Shown: one piece after another, positions 49,351-61,559 of the stretch
Layout: each line of letters opens with the position of its first letter
Position numbering within the stretch: the stretch's first letter is position 1
Source: Takakia lepidozioides
Lineage: Eukaryota; Plantae; Bryophyta
NCBI GenBank assembly: GCA_030704615.1
Contig: CM060734.1
Span: 26,660,001 to 26,724,000 of the forward strand
Length of the DNA: 64,000 nt
Direction of reading: 5' to 3'
Translations under genes and position numbers: made by a program
The notes under the pieces: model-generated
The model's input: the letters and a program-made list of their open reading frames with translations, nothing else
Databases searched by the model: none
Told to the model about the DNA's origin: nothing

Positions 49351-52300
49351 TCCGAATGTGCGGAATCCTGCACGCGAAAGCGGAGGAGAAGAGAAGGGAA
49401 AGACGTGTCTCTGTTGGGCCTGAGTCGGCATCCTCCCTCAGTTTGGGCCAGAAATACTCTTTCTTCAAGAGTGCCGCGGTGCGCTTGGCTCCGCCATGGC
49501 CCGCAAGCGGGCCATCGTGGCATTCTCTCAAGAGACTATCTCTGATCCCTCCCTTCGGCACATAGAGACGCTTTTGCTTGTACCGGAGCAGTCCATTGTG
49601 CAAGTGGAACTGCGATTTAACCCCCAACCTCAAGTCCTGCATCACGGACTTCCCCATCTCATCCTTTCGGTAAGCCTTCTGGATCTTTCTTTGGAATGCC
49701 ATCTCGCCCCTGTACACCAACATGAGCTGTTGTTTTCTACTTAAAGCATCGGCCACCACATTGTCCCATCCCGGTTTCTACTGGATATCCACGTTGAACA
49801 CTGCTAAAGTGTACCTAAGTTGTTTTAGGGACAACTTAGGCTGTGTGGCAAAATACTTCACCGTGACATTGTCCGTGAACACCTTCACGGGGTTGGGACC
49901 AACATAGTGGCGCCAAAGCTCAAGGCAATGCACCACCGCCTTCATTTCTTTCTTGTGCGTAGGCCACCGCCGCTCCACTTTATTCAGTTTCTTGCTTTTG
50001 TAAGTCACTGGACGTCCATCCTGCATGAGCACATCCCCAATTGCGAAGTCCGACGCATCTGTATGAATCTCAAATGGATGGTCGAACTCCGGGATTTTCA
50101 GGACTGGAGCTTCCGCCATCCGCTGCTTCAACTCGGCAAAAGCTTGGCCACAAAAGGTGTTCCATACCTATACCTTGGATTTACACAGAAGGTCTGACAG
50201 CGGCCCTGCAATCTTGGCAAAATTTCTCACATACTTTCGATAATAGGAGGCGAGTCCTAAGAAGGATCGCACTCCCGGGACCGAAGTCGGAGGCTCCCAG
50301 TCCAAGATTGCCCTCACCTTTCTGTCATCCATTTTGATCCCATCCTGTGTAATCACATGCCCTAGGAACTCCACTTTTGTGACCCCGAATTCGCACTTTG
50401 AAGCTTTGGCATACAACTTCCTTTTCCGTAATTTCTAGAACACCCTTTTGAGGTGCTCCAGGCTCTTCCTTTGTTTTCGAGTACACCAAGATGTCGTCGA
50501 TGTACACGATCACAAAGTCATCCAACCACTCCTGGAAAAGGCTGTTCATTAGCGTGCTAAAGGTCGCGGATACGTTGGTGAGCCCAAAAGGCATCACCAA
50601 GAACTCATATGAACCATATCTTGTCCTGCACGCAGTCTTCTCCTCATCTCTTTCCGCCACTTGGATTTGATGGTAACCTAAGCGCAAATCGATCCGGCTG
50701 AAATACTTTGCTCCTGCCAACCGATCGAAGAGGTTGTCGATCCTTGGCAAAGGGTACCAGTTTTTTATAGTCACCTTATTCAGAGCCTTGTAATCGACAC
50801 ACATCCGCAGCGTCCCATCCTTCTTGCCTGCGAATAGCACCGGGGCTCCGTAAGGTGACTTACTCGGCCAGATGTACCCCTTTGACATTAGATCCTTGAG
50901 CTAGGCCTTCAGCTCGACCAACTCTCTGTGGCTCAACCGGTAGGGCGCCTTGGCAGGCGGCTCCGATCCCGGTATCACCTCTATCTTGTGGTCAACTCCT
51001 CTTCGCGGTGGTAAGCCGCTTGATAAATCCTCCGGCATCACATCCTGGTATTTCTCCAAGATCCCCTTGATCCAATCTGGGCTAGGCTCCCTATTGACTT
51101 CTCTTTCCACTTGTCTTACGTAAAGCAAAAACTGGGGCTTGTGTGGCTCCTCTACTGCCCACTCCTTTGCTGTCAGCAGGTTTTTTTGCCCTCCCACTCG
51201 GTTGGGCGTTTCCGACACCCGTAAAACTTTGCTACCATTCCCACACGGTAGCGTGACTATTCTCTTGCGGCCATCTATGACCGCTCCGGATTTGCTCAAA
51301 AGGGTCATCCCCAAAATGAGATCCACTCCATCGATCTTGAAAATGGTGAAGTTCTCACGTCCCTCCCAACTCCCGAGCTGAAGAGGAACATTGAACGCCA
51401 ACCTCGTCACCAGTTGTGGTTCTCCTTTTGCAGAACGCACTTCAATAGAGGCCCCCACATCACTTGTCGGGAGCCCCAGCTTCTGTGTCGTTGCCGGTGT
51501 CATGAAGGAGTGCGACGCTCTTGTGTCCACCAACAACGACACGTTAGTTCCGGAAATCATCCCACTCACGAACATTAACGGACTCCCTTTACGCAAGGGG
51601 CCAGTCTCCTGATACAACTCACAAGAGTAGTTGCCTACCTTGCAAGTCTTGGCGACTACCGCCTCCACCAAGCGGCTGATGGACTCTTCGGACAGCTCCG
51701 TGGTCGCCCGAGTCATGTTCAATTGTCGGGGTTTCGCGCACTTCTTGGCCACGTGCCCGGCCTCCCCGCAATTAAAGCACACTCCATCGAAGGTCGCCTT
51801 TTGTCCACCATAAGCCGCCGCACCCGATTTTCCTTTCGGAGCACCGAGTGCGGCTTTGACGTGTGAAGGCCCTCCCTTCGATTTCCATGTGCCATAGTCA
51901 CCGCGTGGCCTATCCCACTTCTTTTCCGGTCGGAAAAAAATCACCCTCCCGCCGGGCCTTCTTGTGGTTCAGCTCCGTACAGCCTTGTCTTTTGCCCCTA
52001 GGGACATCCGAGAAACATTCAGCCCTTTCAATTGCCTCATTCAAAGTCTTAGGTGGCTTCTCCTCCAACTTCCGCCTGGCCCATGGGGCCAATCCCGCCA
52101 CAAAGTTGAAGACCATTTCTGGTTCCGCCATATCCGCGACTTTGAGCAACAGCACATTGAAAGCCTGAACATATCCCCGAATGTCATCCGTTTGCTTCAA
52201 ATTCCTCATCTTGTCCCGGGCGAACCAGGACGCGTTGAGGGGCACAAACTGTCTTTTCATAAGTTCCTTGAACCCACTCCAGCTCAAGGTTTCTGGGTTT

Positions 52301-52837
52301 GGACCTTGGTCATGAAGGCGTTTCTGCCACCATTGTTGAGCATAGCCCCTCAAATAGCTGAGAGCCACTTCCACCCGATCCTCCTCACTCAACTTGGCCG
52401 CCCGAAAGTACTGCTCCAGCTCCAAGAGCCAGGTGTTGAGTGCCTTCCGATTTTGGATGCCCTCAAAGGTGCCGGGTTCCTTAGGCTTCACCTTAAACTT
52501 TGCTTTAGTGAAAGTGACATTAGCCGCCCTCATCACGTCTTTTAACGTCCCGCCAAACTGCGCCAACAACCCTTCCCAAAAGGCTGCTGGCATAGGAAGC
52601 ATCTGTTGGTATGAGCCTCTGGGAAGTCCTCGGGCTCCAACTCCCCAAATTCCTCCCGTTCTTGAGCAGCCTCGCTTTCATAAGCATAAATCGCCTCTTC
52701 CATTTGCCGCTTCGGTGACACGTCGCCCCCACCGGGCTCACCGGGATCATCATCTTTCGGGCCGTTCCGCTTTCGCTTTGTCTTGCCCGACCCCATGATG
52801 AGGCCGATCTCAAGGACGATCGTGTACTGAACTCTAA

Positions 52838-52849
52838 GCACTGATACCA
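52838..52849 (-). promoter_or_regulatory. Primer-binding site for initiator tRNA-Met
   Basis: TGGTATCAGTGC (one mismatch to TGGTATCAGAGC), 2 nt inside the LTR end at 52852. Confidence 0.85.
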
Positions 52850-52851
52850 AG

Positions 52852-53706
52852 TATTGTGCACCTCACTTCGGTAAGCTCCCCTTCAAGTCATAGTTACTCG
52901 CTTGATGCGCGCGCCTAACTCCCAAACTGGCCGCTGGGCCAACTCGGAGCTTCGGCTGCTCACCGGGACATAACGGTCCCCCGTTGCTCCTCCACAAGAC
53001 CCTCGCTCACTTTGGGCCTAGTGAAAATTCCCTTTGGTTGTTGGTAGTCCGGAACAGCTCCCCACACCTTGGTCGCTTTCTGGCTCGCACGCTTACTCAC
53101 TAGTTTTTGGTCACCAACGGGCTTGCATCGTTCTCGGGGTTACTACTCCCTATATATACTTCTGTGACTGTCCGCGGGGGTTTCACAAACAACACCGTCC
53201 TTTTATGGCGAACCACCACGAAGACCCTTGATTCCCGGTGATGAGTCGCGGTGAGTCTTGGCCCACCCACCACGACCCCAATGGACCGTGATGAATCCCA
53301 AGACTCCCCACGACTCCCACCACAAGGTCTCCGCCCCATGGTGAGTCCTATGCCACCCCCACTAAGACCCACTAAGCTACCACCACCCCTCGTGGAACCA
53401 CCCCCACCGCAACCCGGTGTGCGGGGCTCCACCTAGTGAGCGCCTCCGCCTCCTTGAATCATTCGGCACTCAAGGGTGCTTCAGCCCCCGTAACTATTGT
53501 TGCCACTGCCCCCACCACAGGGGCAGCCCCTCTTGTGTTTCGACCCCTTGCCCTCAAGGCAAAGGGCCGTGACACTCCGCCTCCTTGAGTGCCTTGGGCA
53601 CTCAATGGTGCTTCAGCCCCCGTACCTATTGTTGCCACTACCCCCACCACAGGGGCAGCCCCTCTTGTGTCCCGACCCCCTGCCCTCAAGGCAAAGGGCC
53701 GCGACA
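52852..53706 (-). repeat. 5' LTR of the second chromovirus copy, with its terminal ~132 bp duplicated in tandem
   Basis: Homologous to 3371-4095; the GGGCCG(T/C)GACA terminus occurs at both 53574 and 53706. Confidence 0.9.
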
Positions 53707-56700
53707 GTAATGGCCAAGCAAAGTCCACCAACAAGATCTTGTGCACTATCTTGACCAAGATAGTAAATATCAATCGTACAGCTTGGGATACCAAGATGAA
53801 CACGCTTATGGGCGTTCAGGACCTCACACAAGATAACGACAAAACATACACCCTTTCAACTGGTGTATGGAGCAGAGACACTATTACCCATTGAATGCAT
53901 GGTACCCACACTACGAACCTTGATTCGGGAACGATGGGGTCTTGAGAGTCACTACAAGTCAGGGAACATGAATTGTTCCATTTGGAAGAAGTCCGAGCAG
54001 ATGTTGCGGATAACATGGCATGAATTCAAGAGCAACGGAAGAAGAGAGTATCAGAAGGAAATGTGAAAACTTCCACGATGGAGAAATAGTCCAGTGGCTA
54101 CCAAAGATCAAAAAGATTAAACTGGGAGGCAAACTGAAAATGCCATGGATGGGCCCTTTTCAGATCAAAAAGGTACACAACAATGGAACCGTTGATCTAC
54201 AGACCCTGGAACAAGAGTTCGTGGGGCGGATGAATATCAACAAACTAAAGGGCTATAAAGGAATACATGACAGAGCCCTCAACCATGATTTGTATGCCAA
54301 CGAAGAAGACCAAACGACAAATGAAGAACGCGAAAGCTCCAGCGCTTTCTACATTCATCACGATACCACGGTGGATCAGCAAGTATTGAAACAGGTGGCA
54401 ATATGAGTTCGTGGCACAGCCGCATTTCGACCACCACGAACTTAGAATATGGCATTACCGCCACGTATACCGTATGGAGAACCGTGGCCATCACAAATGC
54501 CCTACAGAACCGTGAACGAATATGAAGCAGCCAACGAGTCACTCATCGTGCTGAAATCTGAGATGAACGAACCAGATGCACCAGCCGACCGTGGAAACAA
54601 CGCACCACGACCCACTCATCATGAGATGGAGCAAGAACGATGGCGCAATCCAAAGGATTGTCAAAAAATTGCAGAAGATATCGGTAACACTAAACCTATC
54701 TGCAAGTATTGCACACATGTAATGCCACATCTAAAAACAGCGCATTTACGAGACCTTACCTCATCCGCAAGGGAGGAAAGCAAAACGAACACACCGTGGC
54801 AGTTGCCAACGACTATCATCCAGCACAAGGATGAATTACGAAGGAGGAAATGGCGACAAAAAACCAAGATCATCCAAGGGAAGGACGAAATTCACCCAAA
54901 ACAGTTACCAGAAGCCAAGTGCTTCTTGGTAATCGCCGGCCGAGCAATTAAAGCTAACAGCGCTTTAAAGGAAGAAGGACAACACAACTGGATTACATCC
55001 ACAAGAACTTCTAGAGAAGTGCAAATGACAAACCAAAGGGCAAAATCCCTACTTAAACCCAGAAAGGCTTTCCACACTCCCTCTTCCATGAACTGGAAAT
55101 TGTTGTTTATGCAAATTCCAGTGTGCTTTATACTCCTGTTGATACAGGAATTGGCTCTCTAATTCCTTGCAGCAACAGCAAGACTATGGGAAATGGCAGG
55201 CACCAAGCGGAAGACACAGGGTCCTTATGCACAGGTTTGCTTCAGAATCAGCACAGCCTTGAGGAAGATTGATGAAGACATAGAAACACGGGCGACGCTT
55301 GATAGTCTTGGCTTGCACTTCTTCGTCACCACCCTGAATTGGAATCTCAAACATGAGGATCTGTGCAGGGAGTTCTTGGAGAACTACAACACCAACACTC
55401 AGTCCACGCGCATCCGCGACACACAGATCCTACTGACCGAGCAATACTTGGCGGAGGGTTTTCATCTTCCTAGTCAGGACGTCCCGGCGCCCATCAACAA
55501 ACCCCAGAGGTTTGTGATTACGGACTTGTTTGAGAAACTCACGCAAATGGACCAAGGCTACACATGCAATCACAGCAAAGATCCGGGCTTTGAGAAGATA
55601 GGGCCAGTGCTTAGCACGTTGCTTTGCCTCAGGCAAAACAACACCTACTACACCAAGGAGCTGGTAGAGTAGGTTTTGATTTGCCTTAACGGGCAAATCG
55701 TTAACTGGGCAGGCTTCTTGCTGAAGAAGCTGATCCAGGAGCTTACCCGGCTGACGAAGAAGAAGAACCAGCCGACGTTTACCATGGCGACCCCTCTACT
55801 TCTGCAAATGATCCGACATACGGTTCGTTTGACACCAGAGGAGCAAACCACTCTAGGAATTATGCAACAAGTAGTAACAGTAGAGGAAGATGGGAGCAAG
55901 ACAGCCGTAGGGCAGGAAGAGGAAGAACAGGATTGCAGGAGGAGGGCGGACTTGTAAAGGGGGCCCGCGTTGACGAAGGAGGTCCCAGTGGAACAGTGGA
56001 AACCATACTGACTTCCACAGGAAACTCGACATTGCAGAAAGAAGGAGGTGAACAGTAGCCAGAAGAGGCAGACTTGGTCGACGCCTCAACCACCAATGAC
56101 ACAAACAATCAACAGACCAATACGGAACAACAAGCAATGGAGGTGGAAACAATAGTCTTGCAGCAGCAGCAAACGGGGGAGGTGACACAGGGCCAACAGC
56201 AGTTCACCCAGCAAGAGAACCATTCCAGTTTGGAATTACTACTATCACAACAAGTCCTAGACACAACAGTATGGGACACAGGATTGGAGGAAACACCAGG
56301 CAATGCCATTCTCCAAGCAATACAAGCTCTGAATCAGGCAACGATATACATGAACATAGTCAAAGATTACATAACCCCGGAGCGACTTAATATGATCATG
56401 GAGCACATCAAAGCCAAGCACCAACAGAAGCTTGCAGCAGTACAAACGACATGTAACCATGAGGTTACAATTGTTGTCTTGGAGGACCAGAAGAGCACTA
56501 TGCTCCGCCAGTACAACAACCTGAAAAATTGTCGAGCTGAATGGGAACAAAAGTGGCAGCGGCAGAAGGAAGAAACTCATGCAGTCCAGGCAGATCTTGA
56601 CGCAAAGAGAGATCAACACCGAACAATGGAGACAAAAATTGACGCACTCACGGAACAGCTCAGAGCCACTAAAACCCAGATGAACAAAATTTTGTCAAGC

Positions 56701-57180
56701 AACACCGTACTACTGCAACAGAGGGCAGATTCTGAGAGCAAGTTGTTCTCGGCAATTACAGAGAGAGACATTGCCCTAGGCAATGAACATGAATGGAAGC
56801 AGCAGCTGGAGAAGCTGACTCTTCAGACAAGGTTAAATGCAGCAGATGCAGCCCTGGCTGGCACATGGATAAACCAGGGAAATCCCCTCGAAATGAAGAA
56901 AGTGAACATGAAATGCTGTAGAGTATCAAAAACCAATTGGCGAAATTGGTGACAAACATTCATGAGGAATTCCTGCCACCAATTCCAGAACAAGAAGAGC
57001 TCATGGACCAAGATCAACAGGAGGAACAAGACCATGAACAAGAACATGAAGCACCAATACGATCTACAACAACAACACCACCACAGATACCACCAGCAAC
57101 ACAACCACCACAGCTTGAAGGGGCACCAGTACATGCCACAGCAGGGCCATCCAACCAAGAGGTAACCACTGTGCCACTGC
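53707..57180 (+). mobile_element. Non-chromovirus Ty3/Gypsy remnant: integrase C-half plus extra 3' ORFs
   Basis: NGQAKSTNKIL, YGAETLLPIE, KLKMPWMGPF; then ORFs 54449-55162, 55193-55957 (EDLCREFLENY) and coiled-coil 56074-57374. Confidence 0.75.
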
Positions 57181-57752
57181 CATGCATTCTTGTGGCATCA
57201 GCGTCACTTTCAGTGGATGATTTTCAGATCAGGCCATGCAAATGGGATGGGGAATGGCTCAAGTATTCAGAAGAATACTTCAGAATGATGAGCATTCAGG
57301 CCCAGTGCTTCTTAACAACCTGTATATGTCAGGACTTAACAAGGCTAACAATAATGTTTGTTTTATGTGTGTGAAGCACATTAGAACTCAAGCCTTCCAC
57401 CGGTTGATGGGTAAAGACTTTAAACCCTGCATTCAACAAGAGGTATGGCTATCACCTGACCTTGTTTTGAAAGGCATTTCCGAGGAGATACAGAATCTGA
57501 TCCCTGAAGTACATGTAGCTTTTAGTAGTCTCCCTTACATGATGAGAATCTACAAACTACACAAAAAGAAGTCAGATGGATCACCAATGCCCATAACTGT
57601 ATTTTCAGTGAGCTAGTCTGTCTTCTTACACGTGCTACCATGGACTTGTTGCCTTTGGTGAAAGAATGGGTCAAGACACGTTTAGATACTTATGAAAAGT
57701 TTTTCAAAGTGTCTACCTCCATGTATTAGATTATAGACAACATCTCTAGCTT
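57180..57752 (+). pseudogene. Penelope-like element RT N-terminal fragment
   Basis: NKANNNVCFMC (DKG-type motif) and LPYMMRIYKLHKKK, then by frameshift RWITNAHNCIFSEL, and later Y*IIDN. Confidence 0.55.
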
Positions 57753-60700
57753 TGGATCGAAGCGCTGTGAGGTGGATGTCTTTAAAACATGTATGAATGG
57801 AAGTGATAGGGAGTTTGAAGTTATCTTGAAGTGTTGAGATGTTGTAGTTGTGTATGCCTCCTCTGGTGCCAGCGGAAATGACGGAGAGTGGGCCTGTGGC
57901 CTACCCTTGCCGGCGAATAACTAGGATAAGGGGGGCGTATTTCTGACGTTTTTCAAGGATGGAGGTGCTCTGGAAACGGTCGTGACAGAACGTAAATTTG
58001 ATGAAGTGTATGATGAGTGATGGGGTAGGGGTGGAGGATGGGGGGGCATTTATAGGGTGCCCCTGGACTAATAGAATGTCCGGGCAGAGTCTTGCGGGGC
58101 ATGTGCATGTAGCGTGGGGTTGACAGATGCAGGGTAGTAGCCAGGTTGGAACTATATGGTCTAGGGGTCTGCCTTGGTAGGTACCCGCGTTGATGAGTGA
58201 GAACCATCGGGTTCCTTTATGCCGTTGGAATAGTTTGTGGATGTGCCATACGGCTTGATTATGTCTGGCAATGCGAAGTCTATGTATGTCTAGGTGAGGG
58301 CATTTGTTGAGAATGTGAGGCCAGGTGTCACGTACCACATGTATATGAGAGCAAAGGGGGCAGTGTGGGGATGGGAAAATGGTTGGCCAGAAGATATGTT
58401 TGCATTGATGCCCCATGTACTGGGCAAATCTAAACTTAAGTGTTTGTCGGATTTGTGCATCGGAGGTGGCTTTAGAGTGCCAGAAGTGGTTGGATATTTT
58501 ATGGTGAAGTACCATGGAGTGAGTCCATTTTTGGATATGTTGTTTGGTGTGATTGAGAGATGTAGCGGCTTGTTTGTTGGCTTCTTTAGATAGAGTAGAG
58601 TGGAGGTTGCGAATAGGTTTAGGTTCGAGGGGGCTTGGGATTGGATGTATTAGCCAAAAAGGGTGCGTGTACGCAATGTGGAGGGGGTCTATGGAGGGTT
58701 CCACTGGGGGTTTCGAGGCCCCTAGTTGGGCAAGGAGGTCAGCCTCTTCGTTCCCGTTAATTCCGGTATGTGAGCGTACTTTAAGAAATTGAATGGGTTT
58801 GTTAATTGAGATGGCTAGGGTGATGATGGCAGAGATAAGATTACGGTCTGGGTCGTGGTGGTGGGAGGATGGACAGGCTATGTGGTTTTGCAAGAGAAAG
58901 AGCAAGGTTAAGGTGTCTGTAAAAATGTAGTATGGTGGGGAGAGTGCGTGTAGTTGGGAGAGGGCTTCGTAGATGGCCATAAGCTCAGCACATAGGATGG
59001 TTGCGGGACCCAGGAGTCGGTGGGCTGTACCAGTGCCAGTGGCCGCATGGTAGACTCCATATCCGGCGCAGGAGCCGGTTCGGGAGCCGTCTGTGAAGTG
59101 TGCATGTGCTGGAGGGTAATTTAGAGAGATAGGGCCTAAGTGAATTGGGGGTGCGCCGACATGAGTGGTATGGAGTGGTGAGAGGGGACAGGAAGGGGTC
59201 TGAGTCCATGTTTTGTTTGTTTTTGGTCTATAGGGGGGGTCTAGAGGGGACGTGTGAAGGTGTCATTGGAAAGGGTGTGATAGCCATGCCGTGAGTGTCG
59301 GACAACAACTTTTTAAGGTGGGTGGAGAATTCTAGAGGTATACGGGTGTGGGAAGCGTTGTGGACTAACATGATTAGGGTTGTAGTGGGTTCTTTGTGCC
59401 ATAGGTATTTTGGGAAGGGTAGGTTACGTGTGTATTGAAGTTGTTTGGGTTCAATGGCCATCAGAGGTGTAACGTCAGGGGGAAGTTGGAGAAGGGGGTG
59501 GTGGTGGTGGGGCATTTTTTGTTGTGTTAGGATGAGAATGGTTGAGGTGGAGGGTGAGGAGTGTGTTGCCTGGCGGGCCCATTGGAGCCTCGTGTGTAAG
59601 TGGCCCAACAGGCGGGTGAGCAAGGCCACCTCCTATCCATGTGTGTTGGGTAGCGGTTCCTAAAGCCCCGAATATCCGGTCACGTGGATGTGGGTTGTTG
59701 TAGATGGAGAGCTCCATGAGGCAGGTTAGTGGACTGGAGTAATATGAGTGAGTCAACTGAAACGATGTGATGAGAAGTTTGAGGATATCTGAGGGGAGGG
59801 TAGTATGGGAGTAGGCTTGCGCAAGTTTGTTTAGATTACGGGGCTTCTTAGTGTGGGTATCGCCAAGGTATCGGTTAAGAAGCTAGCTGATCTATGTGGC
59901 AAAGTCTTGTTTTGGAGGCTGTAACTGGCTATTCTGTGTGTTAGAGGTGGAGTATTTATACCAAAGCCAAGCCAGCCGGACATTGGAGATGGATCCGGAA
60001 AAACTACCATTGATTGTGTAGATATTGGATTGTGCGGTGCTGGGGCAGATTAATGGGTGGCCAGGTAAAATATCTTTGTCGGGGTTGCATTCAGTGATGC
60101 GTATTTGTATATTAGGAGTGACTAAGGGTTGGCTAATGTAGCGGGTGTCGGCGGGTTGGGTTTGCGAGGCATGATGTTGGTGGGTGTGCGCTAGATAGGT
60201 GGTGTTTGTGGTTTTGTGGAATCTAATGAGGAGAGTGTGGTTATGAGCCGGATCACAGTCGTCATGTGTCCCAAAGAGGTCGTCTTCAATTTGCCATGTG
60301 TTATCTTCAGCAGGGAATCCCACCCATTTGCACAAATAAAATGTATCAACGCATATAGCACCAAAGGCGTCACGTGATGTTTGGGATTTGATGCCGAGGA
60401 TAGCTTCAATGGCGAAGGCCTCGGGGTGGTCTGGGTCTGATAGGTGGGGATGGGTGGTTGGTAATTGGGGGCTAGGGGGTGGTTGTTGATGTGTGTTAGT
60501 TGGTAGATAGGGAGGTATGGTGAGAGGGGTGGTGGGGGGGGGGGGGGTTGGGGGGTTTTGGGTTGCTTTAAGTAGTTGTAGTATTGATGGGGCTGGGGCT
60601 GTTCTGAATTCAGGGAGGAGGTCTTGGGCATTGTGCAGGTAGAGCGTGCATGGCATATCGCATTCTAAGGTGCAGGAGGCAGATGGCTGGCAAAAGAGGA

Positions 60701-61500
60701 AACAGAGGTGAAGTATGTAGTGACGTGTCTTAATCGTGGCGCGTGAGTGTTTTAAGGTCAATTGGCTTGGGGTTAGGAGCCGGTGTCCATTAGCAGTGGG
60801 AGTTGGGCAAGGTTAGTGATATGTTGAGCTTTGAAGTAAGCGAGGATGTGTTTTTTCTATTTAGGGTGCGAGTTCTCAAGTTGTGAGGAAGAGGGGCTAT
60901 TGTTCCAAGCGCGTTCAAGTGGTGATATGGAGTTGGGGTAGCCAAGAAGATCAGTTTGGATGCTTATTTTCATTTGGTGTAGGAGAAAGAGGGTGCGGGC
61001 AGTAGGTGAGTGGAGGCAGGATTGGGGGTGGAGGGAGGGGAGGGAGTATAGCCCATTGTATTGGCATGAAGTGTTCTGAAATGTGTTGGTAGTTGTGTGC
61101 TAGTTTCAGGGAGTTTGGTTGGAAATAGAGAGCGTGTCTGTCTTGAGAGTCGATATAGAGGGTGCCAATAATTTCTTGAATACTGAGAGGGCCGGGGTTA
61201 GGGCGTATGTCACCGCAACGTAGTAATAATAGAGTAGAACAAATGCTTGAGTACAGGTTGTTCGTGGTAGGGGGGTGGTGATAGAAGTGTTTTGATTTTT
61301 CTGGGTGTAATGGGAAACGACCATGTGGGCAGTGGGTGAGGGATTGTTGTGGTGATAGATTATTTGGATTATTTTATTGGTATATGGGTTGGTAAAGGGG
61401 GGGTGGGGAGGGTTTGTAGGGGGCGAGCCGAGTGCGGATGAGAGTAGTTGGTAGAGATAGAGTGAGTAGGGGGGATATATTGGGGATGGAGTAAGGGTTG
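57753..61500 (-). mobile_element. Dualen/RandI-like non-LTR element: 2A-like motif, chromodomain, PCIF1-like MTase fold, RNase H, CCHC, restriction-like endonuclease; APE and RT not seen
   Basis: RNase H FTDGS...AEL...FTD...KVRSHTGINGNEEAD; CPLC...HILNKC; IARHNQAV; PDILLV; KRQKYAPL; chromodomain FAIEAIL...YLCKWVGF...NTW. Confidence 0.8.
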
Positions 61501-61559
61501 GGGTGTATGCATATACTTAAGGAGATATGTATTTCTGCAAGTTTTTGGTTTTGCCCCAC

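Larger units (their letters stand above)
49425..53706 (-). mobile_element. Galadriel-like chromovirus, second copy: 5' LTR, PBS, gag, zinc knuckle, protease, RT, RNase H, start of integrase; 3' truncated
   Basis: gag 51910-52602; CFNCGEAGHVAKKC; LVDTRASHSF; [21 protein letters not shown]; homologous to 6175-6947. Confidence 0.93.
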
